Assembly (NCBI GenBank): GCA_947631905.1 | Contig: CANRND010000010.1 | Location: 2,827-66,826 of the forward strand | Source: an uncultured Clostridia bacterium | GTDB taxonomy: Bacteria > Bacillota > Clostridia > Christensenellales > Borkfalkiaceae | DNA length: 64,000 nt | Reading direction: 5' to 3' | In this document: one piece after another, positions 54,133-62,817 of the stretch | Layout of the letters: every line of letters begins with the position of its first letter | Numbering within the stretch: the first letter of the stretch is position 1 | Program-made: the position numbers and the translations under genes | Notes under the pieces: generated by a model | Database searches by the model: none | Told to the model about the DNA's origin: nothing | The model's input: only the letters and a program-made list of their open reading frames with translations

Positions 54133-55652
54133 CAGAATTTTTCTTCGAGACGGTAAGACACCGCTTCGAACACATGCTTGGGCAGGATGTTCTCGCACCC
54201 GTCGAGGTCGGCAATGGTGCGGGAAACCTTAATGATGCGCGCCCGCGCACGTGCGGACAGCCGCATACGCTCGAACGCGTCGCGCAAGATCTTTTCGCTC
54301 TCGGCGCCGAGGCCGCAAAACTCGTCGATCTCCCGCTCCCCCATCTCGGCGTTGGTGCGGAGTTTGCACCCCGAAAAGCGGTTGCGCTGGATCTTCCGCG
54401 CAAAATTCACCCGCTCTTTCACGGTCTCCGAGTCCTCGCGCTTTCCGGCGGAGGTCAGCTCGTCGTAAGAAATGTTGTCTACCTCCACTTGAAGATCGAT
54501 CCTGTCGAGAAGAGGACCCGAGATCTTCTTGCGGTACCGCCTGATCTCCGCGGGCGTACAGGTGCAGACGAGATTTGCCGACCCATAGTTGCCGCAGGGG
54601 CAGGGATTCATGCTCGCGCAGAGCATAAAGCGGGAGGGATAGGAACAGGTGCCGCCCGAGCGGGAGATGGTGATCTGCCCGTCTTCGAGGGGCTGGCGGA
54701 GCGCTTCGAGCGTCGACCGCTTGTATTCGGGCAGTTCGTCGAGGAACAGCACGCCGCCGTGCGCGAGGGAGATCTCCCCCGGGTGGACGACGCGGTTGCC
54801 GCCGCCGCACATCGACACGGTGGTCGCCGTGTGGTGCGGGGTGCGGAAAGGCCGTTCGGTCACGATCCCCTCTTCCCCGAGAATGCCTGCCACCGAGTGT
54901 ATTTTTGTGATTTCGAGGGCTTCCTCGAACGAGAGATCGGGCATGATGGTGGGCAGACACCGCGCGAGCATGGTCTTGCCCGTTCCGGGCGGGCCGATCA
55001 TGAGCAAGTTGTGTCCGCCCGCGACGGCGATCTCGATCGCCCGCCGCGCCATCGGCTGTCCTTTCACGTATTTGAGGTCTGCGGAGGAAGTTCTCTTCTT
55101 GCAGACGGCGAACTCCGCCGTTTCGAGCGGCTCGATCGGAGCCGCCCCGATGAGGTGGTTTACGACGTCGAGCAACGTTTCGGCGGGATAAATTTCCGCG
55201 CCGCCCAAAAACCGCGCTTCTTTCGCGTTGGCGGCGGGGATGACGAACCGCGTAAAACCGTGTCCCTTTGCGCTGATCAGAATGGGCAGAAGCCCGCCGA
55301 TCGGGCGCAGGTCGCCGTTGAGGGCAAGTTCGCCCAAAAACACGGTGTCCGACACGTCCGCGCCGATGAGCTGTTCGCTCGCTTTGAGCAGGGAAATTGC
55401 GATCGCAAGGTCGAAAGACGCCCCCTCTTTTTTGAGGTCGGCGGGCGCAAAGTTGACGGTGATCCTGTTCATGGGGAACAGAAGCCCGCTGTTTTTGAGC
55501 GCCGAGCGCACCCGCTCTTTGGATTCTTTTACGGCGGTGTCGGGAAGTCCCACCATATCGTAGGAGGGAACGCCCCTGTTGACGTCCGTCTCCACTTCCA
55601 CGGGAACGCCGTCAAGCCCCGACAGCGCATAGCAGATGATTTTTGCGATCAT
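54132..55652 (-). CDS. comM: Mg-chelatase-like AAA+ protein YifB/ComM
   Basis: 506 aa. Has the Lon-like N-domain GLPDTAVKESKERV, Walker A GPPGTGKTMLA, and GVLFLDELPEY. Confidence 0.9.
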   Translation of the reverse strand: MIAKIICYALSGLDGVPVEVETDVNRGVPSYDMVGLPDTAVKESKERVRSALKNSGLLFPMNRITVNFAPADLKKEGASFDLAIAISLLKASEQLIGADVSDTVFLGELALNGDLRPIGGLLPILISAKGHGFTRFVIPAANAKEARFLGGAEIYPAETLLDVVNHLIGAAPIEPLETAEFAVCKKRTSSADLKYVKGQPMARRAIEIAVAGGHNLLMIGPPGTGKTMLARCLPTIMPDLSFEEALEITKIHSVAGILGEEGIVTERPFRTPHHTATTVSMCGGGNRVVHPGEISLAHGGVLFLDELPEYKRSTLEALRQPLEDGQITISRSGGTCSYPSRFMLCASMNPCPCGNYGSANLVCTCTPAEIRRYRKKISGPLLDRIDLQVEVDNISYDELTSAGKREDSETVKERVNFARKIQRNRFSGCKLRTNAEMGEREIDEFCGLGAESEKILRDAFERMRLSARARARIIKVSRTIADLDGCENILPKHVFEAVSYRLEEKF

Positions 55653-55694
55653 GGTTTTTCCGGAACGTAAGTGTTTCCCGCGCGGCGGGAACGG

Positions 55695-57737
55695 TTATGC
55701 CCACAGCGCGGACAAAAATCCGGCGGTGGGGACAGAGAACGTGAACACGCTGAACAGCGCGAAGCACACTACAAGCACGGCCAAACAGACGCAGGAGAGG
55801 ATCGTTACGATCTTCCCGTATTTTCCGCCCTCTTCGGCAAAGCCTTTGGCGGCGAGCGCAAACAGGCAGACGTAGGCAAGCAGGATAAACGCAAGCCCGC
55901 CCTGTGCGAAAGCGGCGGTCACAAGCCCGAGTACCACGCCGAGGATGGGGATGAGCAGGGAGACGAACTCTTCCTTGAACGTCCCCTCTTCGAGCTTGCC
56001 GATGAGGATCACCGTGGCAAGCACGGCGCCGATCACGCCCGAAACGAGCGCGCCGACGGCCATGAGCGAACCTGCGGAAGTTACGGCAAATTTTTCGCCC
56101 GTCCCCTTAAAGAGGAGATAGAGCGGACTCCACGCCGATTGGGCGGCGGGCAAGAGGTTGTTGCCCGTAAAGCCGCCGCAGAAAGCTTTCCAGATAAAGT
56201 AGAAGATGCTCATCGAAGGGTCCGCGGGATCGTCGTAACGTTTCACGTACGGGAAGTACATGGGAAGCGCCGCGAGCATGGAGATGAGGACCACGCCGAG
56301 AACGAGGAACAGCGAGAACGTAACGGCGGACACGCTTCCCTTGAAGCGGTGTTCTTTGAGCGCGGAAGCAAGTTTCTTTCTCGGTTCGGAAACGCCCTCC
56401 TCCGTGTGGGGCGTTCCGCCCGCGCCCTCGTCGGCTTCCACCTCTTCGATGGCGAGATCGAGCGCGGCGCGGGTCGCCTTGCGTTGACGGAGATAGCCCG
56501 CCACGAACAGACCCACAACGCCGAGAACGGGAATGAGGAACGCTCCGTTCACGCAGACCGCCGCCGCGGCAAACAGACCCGCAAGCATGGTGGGGACCGC
56601 GGAGAGATAGTCCGCTTTTTGCATGCCGTCCTTGAAGAACACCGTCGCAAAGTAGAGAGCGGCGGTCAGGAAGAACACGCCGATCGTGAGCGGGGTCCCG
56701 AAATGCCCGAGGCTCATGCTCACGCCGCACAGGGCGTAGAGCAGGGCGAACGCAAAGCCCGCCTTTTCACTGCCCGTGAGCTTCCGCACGAAGAGGAAAC
56801 CGAACACGAGTATGCCGAACGAGGCGAGGAACGGAAAGATACGAAGCCCGAACGGACTCATCCCGAAGATCGAAGTCCCCAGCGCGAGCAGGTCGGTGCC
56901 GAACGTGTTGTAAACCGTGTCGACATGGTATACGGCGTCACGGATATAGTTCCTGCCCTGCCGGATTTCGGAGACCGTCATAAGGGATACGATCTCTTCC
57001 TGCCCGAAACGGACAAAAGAGCTTTGCGCAAGGGAGGGAATGCGGGGCCTGTCCACAATGGCGCCCGCGCGTTCTACCGCGGTCTGCAAGGTCTCGCCCT
57101 TGTCCTTGTCGAAAGGCAATAGTGTGCCGTTCGTGCCGTCGTAAACGGTCGGGCGGAGCGCAACGGGTTTATGCGTTCCATCCGCGGTATCCTTGTCGTT
57201 TGCAACGAACACGATCTCGTTGACAAGAACGCTCCCGCCCGAAACTCTGATACGGTAGTAAGGATAGGTGGAAATACGCCAGCCGTCCTGCGTCGGCACG
57301 TCGTATTTCACCCAGTTGTAGAGGGCGTCGGTATAAGGCGCGACGGATTTCTCTCCCTCGCCGAGTTCTTCGTACATATTGGCGAAGTTGATGTCCACTT
57401 CGGACTGATAGGTGCTGTCGGATGTGGTACCGCGGGCGACATGGATGGTAACGACGTCGCCGTAATCGGTATAGATCGCGCCGAGGTTGAAATAGATCTC
57501 TTTGATATAGAGGTCGCGGTGCGTGTGGTTTTCTCCGCCGTGTCCGGGGTCGGTGGTGTGGAGAACGATGCAAGGTTCCTTGCCGTCGGTAGCTCTCTTG
57601 GAAGAGAGAGCGTACGCCTTGCCTGTGGAGGCGGCGGAACCGAGCGTTCCCAACCCGAGGACGAGAAAGGCGAGTGCGAGAATGAGGAAAGCGCGAAGCC
57701 ATGCCGACATTCTGTTCCAGATGTTTGTTTTCTTCAT
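55695..57737 (-). CDS. GT39/PMT-like (phospholipid-carrier-dependent) glycosyltransferase with an extra N-terminal extracytoplasmic domain
   Basis: 680 aa. N-terminal TM, a ~130-aa soluble domain, then FGQEEIVSLMT...GTDLLALGTSIFGMSPFGLRIFPFLASFGILVFGFLFVRKL, resembling the PMT/ArnT loop-1 and TM pattern, followed by about 10 TM helices. Confidence 0.6.
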   Translation of the reverse strand: MKKTNIWNRMSAWLRAFLILALAFLVLGLGTLGSAASTGKAYALSSKRATDGKEPCIVLHTTDPGHGGENHTHRDLYIKEIYFNLGAIYTDYGDVVTIHVARGTTSDSTYQSEVDINFANMYEELGEGEKSVAPYTDALYNWVKYDVPTQDGWRISTYPYYRIRVSGGSVLVNEIVFVANDKDTADGTHKPVALRPTVYDGTNGTLLPFDKDKGETLQTAVERAGAIVDRPRIPSLAQSSFVRFGQEEIVSLMTVSEIRQGRNYIRDAVYHVDTVYNTFGTDLLALGTSIFGMSPFGLRIFPFLASFGILVFGFLFVRKLTGSEKAGFAFALLYALCGVSMSLGHFGTPLTIGVFFLTAALYFATVFFKDGMQKADYLSAVPTMLAGLFAAAAVCVNGAFLIPVLGVVGLFVAGYLRQRKATRAALDLAIEEVEADEGAGGTPHTEEGVSEPRKKLASALKEHRFKGSVSAVTFSLFLVLGVVLISMLAALPMYFPYVKRYDDPADPSMSIFYFIWKAFCGGFTGNNLLPAAQSAWSPLYLLFKGTGEKFAVTSAGSLMAVGALVSGVIGAVLATVILIGKLEEGTFKEEFVSLLIPILGVVLGLVTAAFAQGGLAFILLAYVCLFALAAKGFAEEGGKYGKIVTILSCVCLAVLVVCFALFSVFTFSVPTAGFLSALWA

Positions 57738-57769
57738 ACGATTATTTCCTTATTATATCGTCGCATACT

Positions 57770-57798
57770 ATTCTAACCGAAACGGCGGGAATTGTAAA
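57770..57798 (-). promoter_or_regulatory. Candidate promoter of the GT39-like gene
   Basis: Minus strand reads TTTACA (57793-57798), a 17-nt spacer, then TAGAAT (57770-57775). Confidence 0.45.
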
Positions 57799-57903
57799 CG
57801 ATTTTCAACGGTTTTTTCAAAAAAAATCGAACGCAACAAAATTCTTGTCTTTAAAAGGTCCCCCTCTCGTCTCTGTGCAACGAAGCGTCGGCTACGAAGC
57901 AAC

Positions 57904-58040
57904 TCATATCGTCCCGCGCGCTGTTCTGTTTTCTAAGCGCGGCACGAGGAGGGTAAGCGACGAAGTAGAAATCTCTACCTCGTCCCCAAATGTCATTTCG
58001 ACCGAAGTGAGCGATGCGAACGAAGTGGAGAAATCTCTAC
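57904..58040. repeat. Cluster of dispersed hairpin modules
   Basis: atcgtcccgcgcgctgttct...aagcgcggcacgag...gaagtagaaatctctac and gtcaTTTCgaccgaagtgagcgatgcgaacgaagtggaGAAAtctctac (57992-58040). Confidence 0.65.
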
Positions 58041-58056
58041 CTCGTCACCGCAACAA

Positions 58057-58085
58057 AGAAAAAAGCGCTTTCAAAGCGCTTTTTT
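58057..58085. terminator. Bidirectional rho-independent terminator (serves rplS on the minus strand)
   Basis: AAAAAAA-AGCGCTT-tca-AAGCGCT-TTTTT. Lies 8 nt after the rplS stop. Confidence 0.8.
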
Positions 58086-58092
58086 CTTTGTC

Positions 58093-58437
58093 TTATTTCT
58101 TTTCTTTGATCTTGGCAGCCTTGCCGGTGCGGCCTCTGAGGTAGTAGAGCTTTGCCCTTCTCACCTTGCCTGCGCGCACGACGTTGACATATGCCACTTT
58201 CGGGGAATGCAACGGGAAGCAACGCTCCACGCCGACGCCGAAAGAAAGGCGGCGGACGGTGAACGTCTCGCGGATGCCGCCGTGCTTTTTGGCGATGACC
58301 ACACCCTCGAAGTTCTGGATCCTCTCCTTGCCGCCCTCGATGATGCGGTAGCCTACCTTAACGGTATCGCCCACGTTGAATTGGGGGACGTTTTCTTTCA
58401 GCCCCTCTTTTTCGATCGCTTCGACCAAACCTTTCAT
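58093..58437 (-). CDS. rplS: 50S ribosomal protein L19
   Basis: 114 aa, [46 protein letters not shown] is canonical L19. Confidence 0.96.
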   Translation of the reverse strand: MKGLVEAIEKEGLKENVPQFNVGDTVKVGYRIIEGGKERIQNFEGVVIAKKHGGIRETFTVRRLSFGVGVERCFPLHSPKVAYVNVVRAGKVRRAKLYYLRGRTGKAAKIKEKK

Positions 58438-58531
58438 TGACTTTACCTCCGTTCCGAAAAGACGTTCATTCCCGTTCTTGGTTTGGCGTATTTTTTCGCC
58501 GCGGCAGAGGAACGCCCAAAGTCACTTGATT

Positions 58532-58560
58532 ATTATAGCGGAAGAAAATTAAAAAATCAA
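58532..58560 (-). promoter_or_regulatory. Candidate rplS promoter
   Basis: Minus strand reads TTGATT (58555-58560), a 17-nt spacer, then TATAAT (58532-58537). It gives a ~90-nt leader that might hold an L19-type autoregulatory structure (not verified). Confidence 0.55.
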
Positions 58561-58589
58561 CCGATTTTGCGCCCGTTCCGCAAATTTTT

Positions 58590-59846
58590 TTACGCTTTCT
58601 CGCCGTCTGCGGCTGCGGGCGGCGCAGCAGGAGGGGCTTCCTCCCGTTTGACCGAAATTTTTCCCCTCACGGGCGCATAGCTATCCTTTCTGATACGGGT
58701 GCGCGACAAGAGCGAGCCGTCCGCGGAGTAGACCGAAAGATAGCTCTCGCTCCTGATCCCCTCTTTCTCCTTGCGCAGAACGGCGTTTTCTTCTCCCTCC
58801 TCCACCTCGGGCGGTCCGGGAGAGACGCGTTCCGTCACCCTGCTCTCCACAAGATAGCGCTTGCCGTCGGGCATGCCGAAAAAGCGGAAACAGACGCTCC
58901 CCTGCCCCATTTCCGCGAGAATGTATACGGGAAACGGGTACGGGTTGCGGAATTTGAGATCGCTCGTCTCGGACACCATCGCGTCCTCGGAGGGCGGGAC
59001 GTACCCCACCGTAAGGGAATGGGCGCGGCTCTCCACAACTTCCATGCCCGCCCTGAGCGCCGCGCCGAAGAGGGTGGTGCTTGTCTGGCACACTCCCCCG
59101 CCCACCCCCGGGACGAACTCTCCTTCGAGGATCACCTGCGCCGTGCGGAAGCCGTTCTCCGCGGTGCGCTTCCCCACCGCGGCGTTGAACGAAAAGGTCT
59201 CGCTCGGCGCAATCTCCGTCCCCGCGACGCGGCAGGCGGCGAGGGCGATGTTGTGCCTGCGGGGCGCGTTGGAACCGTCGAAAAAAGTGCGGAAACAGGA
59301 AAGTTCGCGGGTGCGCGCGCGCAGGCTTTCTTCGGTGACCGCAGGCGGATATTCCCGCGCGGAGAGGGTGACCTCTCCCCCGTCCGCAAGAACGCTCTGC
59401 ACGTCGGTCAAAAGTTTTTGGTAGTCGCACGCAACGCCGTTTGTCTCATGCGTATAGCAAAATCCCGCCGCGGAGAAAGACATCTCCGCGTTTTTTGCCT
59501 CCCGCGCGTTTTTTGCGCAGAGTTCGCGTAAAACGCTCTCCGCGTCCGCCCAGTTCCTGCGGTAAGTTACCGAAAGCCGCTCCCCGCGCCTTGCTTTTCT
59601 CACGAGCCGCGCCACGTCGTCTTTGACGGAAAACTCGTCTTTTAAGACGACGTCTCCCGAGGGCGTATGCACCGTCACGGGGGGAAGATCGCGGTAAAAT
59701 TGCATACGTATCGCGTTTTCCGCCTCGGCGTAGGGCATTCCGCCCACGTCTACGCCGCCGATCGTAACGTCCTGTTTCACTCTCCCCGCGGAAAAGAAAA
59801 AAAAGCTCCCCGCGAGGAAGAGCGCTGTCGCAACCGTAACATTCAT
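58590..59846 (-). CDS. VanW/YoaR family protein
   Basis: 418 aa. N-terminal TM, then a VanW core SFNAAVGKRTAENGFRTAQVILEGEFVPGVGGGVCQTSTTLFGAALRAGMEVVESRAHS. Confidence 0.85.
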   Translation of the reverse strand: MNVTVATALFLAGSFFFFSAGRVKQDVTIGGVDVGGMPYAEAENAIRMQFYRDLPPVTVHTPSGDVVLKDEFSVKDDVARLVRKARRGERLSVTYRRNWADAESVLRELCAKNAREAKNAEMSFSAAGFCYTHETNGVACDYQKLLTDVQSVLADGGEVTLSAREYPPAVTEESLRARTRELSCFRTFFDGSNAPRRHNIALAACRVAGTEIAPSETFSFNAAVGKRTAENGFRTAQVILEGEFVPGVGGGVCQTSTTLFGAALRAGMEVVESRAHSLTVGYVPPSEDAMVSETSDLKFRNPYPFPVYILAEMGQGSVCFRFFGMPDGKRYLVESRVTERVSPGPPEVEEGEENAVLRKEKEGIRSESYLSVYSADGSLLSRTRIRKDSYAPVRGKISVKREEAPPAAPPAAADGEKA

Positions 59847-59915
59847 TCCCGAACCTCTTGTGACAGTATGCGGCTTTTATCCTTTTTTATACCCGTTCCG
59901 CGCGCCCGCGGGCCG

Positions 59916-61001
59916 TCAGCGTACGATCTTTCCGCCCGAAATGCGGATCTTGTTGCACTCCTTGCCGTAGAGAACGCGCTCGGCGTGCGTGCAGGTGAGG
60001 ATGCACTGCACTCCCCCCGTGCGGGCGAGCAATTTTTTGCGCCGCGTCAGGTCGAGTTCGCTCATCACGTCATCTAAAATGAGGACGGGCGCCTCGCCCG
60101 AGAGCTGTTTGAAAATTTCGAGTTCGGCAAGTTTCATGGAGAGCGCCGCCGTCCGCGTCTGCCCCTGCGAGGCGAACCCGCGCGCGTCGTTGCCGTCGAT
60201 GAGGATGCGGATGTCGTCGCGGTGAGGGCCAACGGTGGTAAAGCCGAGCCGTACGTCCCGCTCATAGGCGTTTTTCAGTTCTTTGAGAAGTTTTTCGGCG
60301 ATCTCCTCCTCGTCTCCGGGGTAATTCCCCTCGGCCCCGAGTTCGAGTTTTTCGCCCCCGTCCGTCAAAAAGGCGTGCGCATCCGCGGCGTAGGGCGCAA
60401 GCCTGCCGAGATACTCCCTGCGGCTGCGGATGAGAACGGCGGCATAGCGCGCGAGCTGTTCGTCCCACACGGGCAGGGTGTCGAAGATGAGAGACACGTC
60501 CCGCTCTTTGAGCAAATTGTTCCTCTGGTCGAGAATTTTATTGTAGCGGAGAAGGGCGGAGGCGTAGCTTTTGGAGGTCTGGGAAATGGAGAGGTTCAAA
60601 AAGCGTCTGCGTTCGTCGGGTCCGTCCTGCACGATGCGCAGTTCCCCGGGGGAGAAGAACACGCTCTTCATGTTCCCGAGGAAATCGACGGCGCGCGCCA
60701 CTTTTACGCCGTTGAGGGTGAGTTCCCGCTTGTTTTCGCGGATCTCCGCCCCGAGGGTGATCTTGCCGTAGCGGCACTCCGTCTCCGCGGAAAGCAATGC
60801 GCAGTCCGCCCCCCTGCGGATGAGCTGCCTGTCGTGCCTGATCCTCAGGGACGCTCCCGTGCAGAGATAGAAGATCGCCTCGGCGCAGTTGGTCTTGCCC
60901 TGCGCGTTTTTGCCCACGAGGACGTTGATCCCCTCTCCGAACTCGAACGTCTCCCGTTCGTAATTTCTGAAATTTTGTAAATTCAATTTTTTGATTATCA
61001 C
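59916..61001 (-). CDS. recF: DNA replication and repair protein RecF
   Basis: 361 aa, MIIKKLNLQNFRNYERETFEF, Walker A GKNAQGKTN, signature SQGQTRTAALSMKLAE, Walker B VLILDDVMSELD. Confidence 0.93.
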   Translation of the reverse strand: MIIKKLNLQNFRNYERETFEFGEGINVLVGKNAQGKTNCAEAIFYLCTGASLRIRHDRQLIRRGADCALLSAETECRYGKITLGAEIRENKRELTLNGVKVARAVDFLGNMKSVFFSPGELRIVQDGPDERRRFLNLSISQTSKSYASALLRYNKILDQRNNLLKERDVSLIFDTLPVWDEQLARYAAVLIRSRREYLGRLAPYAADAHAFLTDGGEKLELGAEGNYPGDEEEIAEKLLKELKNAYERDVRLGFTTVGPHRDDIRILIDGNDARGFASQGQTRTAALSMKLAELEIFKQLSGEAPVLILDDVMSELDLTRRKKLLARTGGVQCILTCTHAERVLYGKECNKIRISGGKIVR

Positions 61002-61142
61002 CGAATTTACCCGAAAAACACTTTCTTTTTGCGCGAAATTATATTATAATTTAGAATAGGCGCCAAGGTCCCGCAATTTGCAGGCCGGACAAGCCCATTA
61101 TAGCAAATTTTGCGGAAAAAACAAAGCGTTTGAGAGGGAAAA

Positions 61143-62492
61143 ATGGCTGAAAATACCCAACTCGAATTTCTGTGGAGCAGGATCAAAGAACGGGCGGAGA
61201 AGCTCATCAACACCATCTCGTTCAGTTCGTTCATCGAGGACCTCGTCCCCGTGGACGTCGTGAACAAGAAGATCGTCTTAAAAGCGAGTACGGAAGTGGT
61301 GGCAAAGACGGTGACGCAACACCATCTCGAACAGCTCCGCGAAGCGGCGCAGTCCGCGGACGTGGGGATCGTGGGGGTCGTCATCGTGGTAGACGGAAGC
61401 GACACCTATACCCTCGAAGAGGCGCCCGACGCGTTCGAGGAATCTTCGGTCGTCCTCGATCCGCGCTATACGTTCGACTCTTTCGTGGTAGGGCCCTCGA
61501 ACAAATTCGTATATGCGGCGGCGAAGTCGGTGGCGGAAGCGCCGGGGGAAAATTTCAATCCCCTCTATATCTACGGCGGCACGGGGCTGGGCAAGACCCA
61601 CCTCATGCAGGCGATCGCCAACGAGATCGCCAAGAAAAAGCCCTCGCTGAAAGTCATTTACACCACGAGCGAGAAGTTTTTGAACGAGTATGTGGACAGC
61701 ATGTACGCCAAAAAGTCCGCGGGGACGGACAACGAGTTCCGCTTCCGCAACCGCTACCGCAACGTGGACGTCCTCATCATCGACGACATCCAGTTCTGGG
61801 CGGGAAAATACGGCGTGCAGGAGGCGTTTTTCCACACGTTCAACGAACTGTTCTCCCAGCACAAGCAGATCGTCATCTCTTCGGACTGCCCCGCAAAGGA
61901 ACTGACGACCCTCGAAGAGCGGCTCCGCACCCGCTTCGAGGGCGGGCTGATCGCAGACATCCAGCCGCCCGATTTAGAGACGAAGATCGCCATTTTAAAG
62001 CGCAAGGCGCTCGAAAAGAAATATATCGTACCCGACGACGTGCTGGCGTTCCTCGTGAAAAATTCGGATAATAACGTCCGCACTCTCGAAGGGCGGCTCA
62101 ACACAGTCATCTTTGCGAGCAAGCTCCACGAGGAGCCGATCTCGCTCAAACTCGCGGGGATCGCCCTGCAAGAGAGCATCGGCAACGACGAGGAGCAGGA
62201 AGAGATCACGCCCGAGACGATCATCAAGGCGACCTGCGCCTACTATTCGGTGACAAAGGCCGACCTCATCGGCAAGAGCAAGCGGCAGGAGCTGGTGCGC
62301 GCGCGGCAGGTGTGCGTCTATCTCCTTTGCAACATGCTTGCGCTCCCGCTCGTCTCCATCGGCAAGATCATGGGCGGCAGGGACCACGCCACGATCATCT
62401 ACGCGCGGGACAAGATCACCGAACTCATGCGCGTGAACGACGCGATCTCGAAAGGCGTCACGGACATCCGCAGCTCCGTCCTCAAACAATAA
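61143..62492 (+). CDS. dnaA: Chromosomal replication initiator DnaA
   Basis: 449 aa. Walker A IYGGTGLGKTHLMQAI, box VII, and C-terminal DNA-binding domain KSKRQELVRARQVCVYLLCNMLALPLVSIGKIMGGRDHATIIYA. Confidence 0.97.
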   Translation: MAENTQLEFLWSRIKERAEKLINTISFSSFIEDLVPVDVVNKKIVLKASTEVVAKTVTQHHLEQLREAAQSADVGIVGVVIVVDGSDTYTLEEAPDAFEESSVVLDPRYTFDSFVVGPSNKFVYAAAKSVAEAPGENFNPLYIYGGTGLGKTHLMQAIANEIAKKKPSLKVIYTTSEKFLNEYVDSMYAKKSAGTDNEFRFRNRYRNVDVLIIDDIQFWAGKYGVQEAFFHTFNELFSQHKQIVISSDCPAKELTTLEERLRTRFEGGLIADIQPPDLETKIAILKRKALEKKYIVPDDVLAFLVKNSDNNVRTLEGRLNTVIFASKLHEEPISLKLAGIALQESIGNDEEQEEITPETIIKATCAYYSVTKADLIGKSKRQELVRARQVCVYLLCNMLALPLVSIGKIMGGRDHATIIYARDKITELMRVNDAISKGVTDIRSSVLKQ

Positions 62493-62526
62493 TTGTCCTA
62501 TTCTTGCCCCCTATTCCCAAAAAATA

Positions 62527-62725
62527 TCATGTCGAGCTTGTCGCCCCGCGCGTCTTTCCAAATACGTCATGTTGAGCGGAGGCGTTAGCCGAAGTCGAAA
62601 CATCTCTACCTTATTTTTAATAATGTTAAGATTTCTCCACTCCGCTCGCGTTGCTCGCTTCGGTACTTCGCCTGCGGCTCGTGCCGCCCTTTGACAAAAC
62701 AGAACATGCGGGCGGTCGAAATGAC
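62527..62725. repeat. Dispersed hairpin modules including a long composite element
   Basis: A degenerate module lies at 62527. The module gtcaTGTTgagcggaggcgttagccgaagtcgaAACAtctctac at 62566, an AT-rich loop and a long inverted arm ending tcgaaatgac (62628-62725) form the composite. It closely resembles 38731-38872. Confidence 0.75.
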
Positions 62726-62817
62726 AAATTAGAATAACAGGCCCCACCAACGGCGGCGAGCCGGAAGAGGTGTCCCCCCATTCCCAAATCTCACCGCATA
62801 CCCTCAACCAATCACTC

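Noticed and set aside
61002-61142. DnaA-box cluster in the recF-dnaA spacer (and in 62493-62817).
   Set aside because: No 9-mer within one mismatch of TTATCCACA was seen by eye. The best is TTATCACCG with 3 mismatches. A PWM scan is needed, so oriC is not annotated as a feature.
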